A stretch of DNA of 64,000 nt from Macrostomum lignano (lineage: Eukaryota), in NCBI GenBank assembly GCA_002269645.1, contig NIVC01001013.1, positions 1-64,000 of the forward strand, in the 5' to 3' direction. Made by a program: the position numbers and the translations under genes. This document shows, piece by piece, positions 61,301-64,000 of the stretch; the first letter of the stretch is position 1; each line of letters begins with the position of its first letter. The notes beneath the pieces are model-generated. The model had not been told where the DNA came from. It saw only the letters and a list, made by a program, of their open reading frames with translations, and ran no database searches.

Positions 61301-63129
61301 TTGCGGGCCGCCTTCACAAGGCACCTTCGCAGCTGCTCTTCATGCTCCGAGTTGCTGAGAATCTGGAGGTTCGAGTTCCTGAGATGTTCCCTGACCAGAT
61401 GTTGGTACAGCGGCCAGTCCGCCTTCTTCCAGTTCCAGCACATGTTCTTCCTAGTGCTGGGGTCCGGGTCCGAGTTCGCTTCCCTGCGGCTGATGATGAT
61501 CGGCAGGTGGTCGGAGCTCAACCTGTTCGCCGTCCGCCATTCCCACTGGTCTAGCTCCGCCTGTGGGACTATGGTCACGTCCGGCGAAGACCTGTGCTCC
61601 CCGTCACGGCTGGTTCGCGTGGTGGATCCATCATTAAGCGCCGCCAGCAGCTGGTCGTCCATCCAGTCGACGAGCTCTTCGCCTCGTCTGTCCCTGGGGG
61701 AGCTGTTGTCCCACAGCTCGTGGTGCGCATTCCAGTCGCCGGCCAGGAGCAGGTTCTCGCCGCTTGGGATCTGCAGCAGCTCAGTGGCTGTCATGCTGCA
61801 GGTCGCTTGAGGCGGTATGTAAATGTTGATCAGCAGTAGTTGTTCCAGGCCCTGTCTGTTGTTGACGGCGCAGGGCTGGCAGATCCAGCTAGCTCCGTCA
61901 GCTGGTCTCCAGCGAGGGATTGTCGTACAGGCGCGGTGGAAGACGCTGGCACACTGCGTGCACGGGATGCCGTTATGGCCTGCCCTGATCTTGCGGTCGC
62001 ATTTGCCGCAGTAGCTCGACCTGCTTGGCGAAACAACTTGGTCGGGCGTCGGGGTTCCGCCGGGTTTTTAGTTTTTGGGTTGGGTGGCGGATTCTCCCGG
62101 CTGTCCTCGACTTCAGTGAGTCTCCTCTCCGCAGGCGAGGTGATAGTGCTGGCTCGCTCCTCGCTGAGGCTCTCGAGTTCACTCCTGCCCGCCTCCGTGC
62201 CCTTCTCAGATCTCGGTATTTCGATGCTGCCTTCCGCAGCTCCTGCCGTCTGGCTTTCCTTCCTGTCCAAGGCGGCTGTGGCCAGCTCGACTGCCTGGCG
62301 TAGCCTTGCAGACGCCGCCTTGCTGCACCCGGCTTCCCTGCTGAAGGGTCTGATGCTGTCCTTCCTGATCCAGGACACCTGCCCGGTGCCAAACCAGCTG
62401 ACCGGCACGTCGTTGCTGCCATGCGCAGTGCAGCTGAGCGCGGCTTGCGCGTCTTCCGCTTGCAGGCGCTCGGCCGGCCACCAAGCCCAGCCCCTGAGTT
62501 TGGCCCAGATGATGTTGTTCCCTGGCCACGGTTCTATCTCTTGGTCGTTCGTTCTCATGATCGTTCGTTCATTCGTTCGTTCGTTCGTTCTCCTGGTCGC
62601 CATGGGTCTCGGTTGGCTTGCACGGCGTGCCGCTCGTCGCTCTTTGCTCGCCTCGTCGCTTGCCGCTGGTGGGCCTCGGCGCCCCTTGCTCCTTGCCAGG
62701 GGTGCTGGCGGTTGGCCGGCTGCCTTGGCAGCACGGACCTGTCCAGTCGCCAGCCTTTTCCAGCGCGTAGAACCTTCCTCTAGTCAGGCCGCTGCACTTA
62801 AGGTGAAGGTGGTTTTCGCAGTCCTTGCAGCGAGGGCTCGTTTGCTGCAGAGTCCGCAGAGGGAGCTTTGAGTGTTGGCTGGTCCCGAGTTGCTCTCGAC
62901 GTCGCCTGCTCTGAGCAGCAGGGTCCTGCTGTCGGCTCTGTAGGGCCTGTAGGCGCTGCCTCTCACTGTGCCGGTGCCGGTGCCCGTACTACGGTGGTGC
63001 GACCTCGGTCTCCTCCGATGGTGAATGTTCCTTTCTTGGATGTTCGGCTTCAGTATGCTTCCTTTCGTACCTAGACATCCTCGGCTAGGTTCCCCAGCAC
63101 ACCGCTTGGCGGTCTGGAAGCTGTGCTGG
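58388..63129 (-). mobile_element. Ingi/I-group non-LTR retrotransposon, inactive: 2A-like, PHD, PWWP, PHD, partial APE, RT, RNase H, CxxC..H motif, (ACA)n tail
   Basis: GDVESNSGP; WAKLRGWAWWPA; CGKC..CTQCASVFHRAC..WICQPC; GDWNAH, SDH; YRPVSLTS, QAGFR, PQGSVLSP, YADD; YTDGS, AEL, NEVAD; CPACG..ETVEH. At least 6 frameshifts. Confidence 0.92.
63047..63129 (-). ncRNA. Predicted HDV-like self-cleaving ribozyme at the LINE 5' end
   Basis: P1 CCAGCAC/GTGCTGG, P2 GCTTC(C)AG/CTGAAGC, P3 ACC/GGT, L3 GCCAAGC whose CC can pair with the GG after P1 (P1.1), P4 CCTAG/CTAGG, J4/2 C. Confidence 0.72.
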
Positions 63130-64000
63130 TGCTGCTGCTGCTGAAGAGGCGGACGACATTTTTGCTGAGGTGAGTGTCAGTATCAGAGTGTCAGAGTGTC
63201 AGTATGGGTGATACGAGTGACACGACACATGAGTCACTTTCCATCGTGCCATCTGCAGACGATTGATGGCACAATCTTTCCCATCGCTGAAAGCAAAGCG
63301 CTGCAGGAGCCGGAGGTTGAGCCAGAGTTCACAATAGACGAACCATGACTCTACACGCTTTAATGTCGAGTGTGTTGTCAAAGGAGCCAGAGACATTTGA
63401 CATTGTGGCACAAGGCTCCCAAAAAGGGAGGATGAAGGTTGTGTCCTCCTATAGCAACACCTTCGTAAAGAAGTCGGCACGTGGAGCGAGAACCTACTGG
63501 CGGTGCAGCGTGCGCAACACAACGACAAGGTGCCCGGCCAGCGTCATTCAAACTGCCGACGGATTCAAGCGCGGTGACGCCGAACACAATCACTACCCTG
63601 TACGCCAAACGCTGCAAAATGTGCAGCTCCGTGCAGCACTGCGTGCAGCAGGCAGAAACGAGCTGTTTCGACCAGCTGCTGAAATAGTCGATCACGTCAG
63701 CATAAGTAAACTATTTCCGACCCACCTACTCATTTTACTCACTGACTCACTCACTCCCGAGCAGTGGCATCTGCTCAAGCAGGAGGTTGCGGACATTTGA
63801 AATTAGGACATCAACCTAATTTAACTGATTTTACAAATTTTAATTTTACTTTGTGGCGCACATTCGTTTAAATATGTACATTTGTTCGCATACTTATTCG
63901 AAATTGTCCTCTGCGTTTCTTATCAAGTTGAATTTCGAATCCGATCTGCAATTTCTTACGAAGTCTAAACATTGGACTGTAAGCAAGTACCTAATAACTC

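Larger units (their letters stand above)
58211..63800 (+). pseudogene. PHD-like plus FLYWCH zinc-finger relic (MULE-transposase-like N-terminus), split by the LINE
   Basis: 58211-58387 ITAKKY..EWKCLEC..APR rejoins 63131-63169 AAAAEEADDIFAE, then a GTGAGT donor at 63170 and an acceptor at 63258. FLYWCH TFVKK..RTYWRCSVRN..CPASV...HNH lies in 63345-63800. Confidence 0.6.

Noticed and set aside
62055-62075. Programmed -1 frameshift at T AAA AAC between PWWP and PHD2
   Set aside because: Imperfect slippery heptamer, and this copy has many other frameshifts, so decay or sequencing error is more parsimonious. Revisit if the consensus conserves it.

Overview
Eukaryotic genomic DNA with GC-rich, intron-poor genes separated by minisatellites and AT-rich transposon graveyards. 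The style and the RTE LINE family suggest a macrostomid flatworm such as Macrostomum; this is inference. Hand-spliced genes: a slowpoke/BK channel (3' part, with a cluster of single-base indels), UBE2I/Ubc9, a divergent mitochondrial SSB-like gene, a coiled-coil plus death-domain gene, MCTP (with a GC-AG intron), a large secreted protein of unknown function, PMS1 with an ~84-residue polyQ/H tract, a UspA gene, and an IGF2BP/IMP-like RRM-KH-KH gene. Mobile DNA: hAT-, Kolobok- and Merlin-type MITEs with target-site duplications, a full-length dead mariner, RTE fragments and tRNA-derived SINEs. The strongest finding is a 4.7-kb Ingi/I-group LINE at 58388-63129 (minus strand). It starts exactly at a predicted HDV-like ribozyme and encodes a 2A-like peptide, PHD, PWWP, PHD, APE, RT and RNase H. 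It is inserted cleanly into the exon of a PHD-FLYWCH (MULE-like) relic. Also notable are domain-wide C-to-T/G-to-A erosion of repeats (CpG and apparently CpA) and a 68-bp array that amplifies the splice-acceptor/ATG region of the IMP-like gene.
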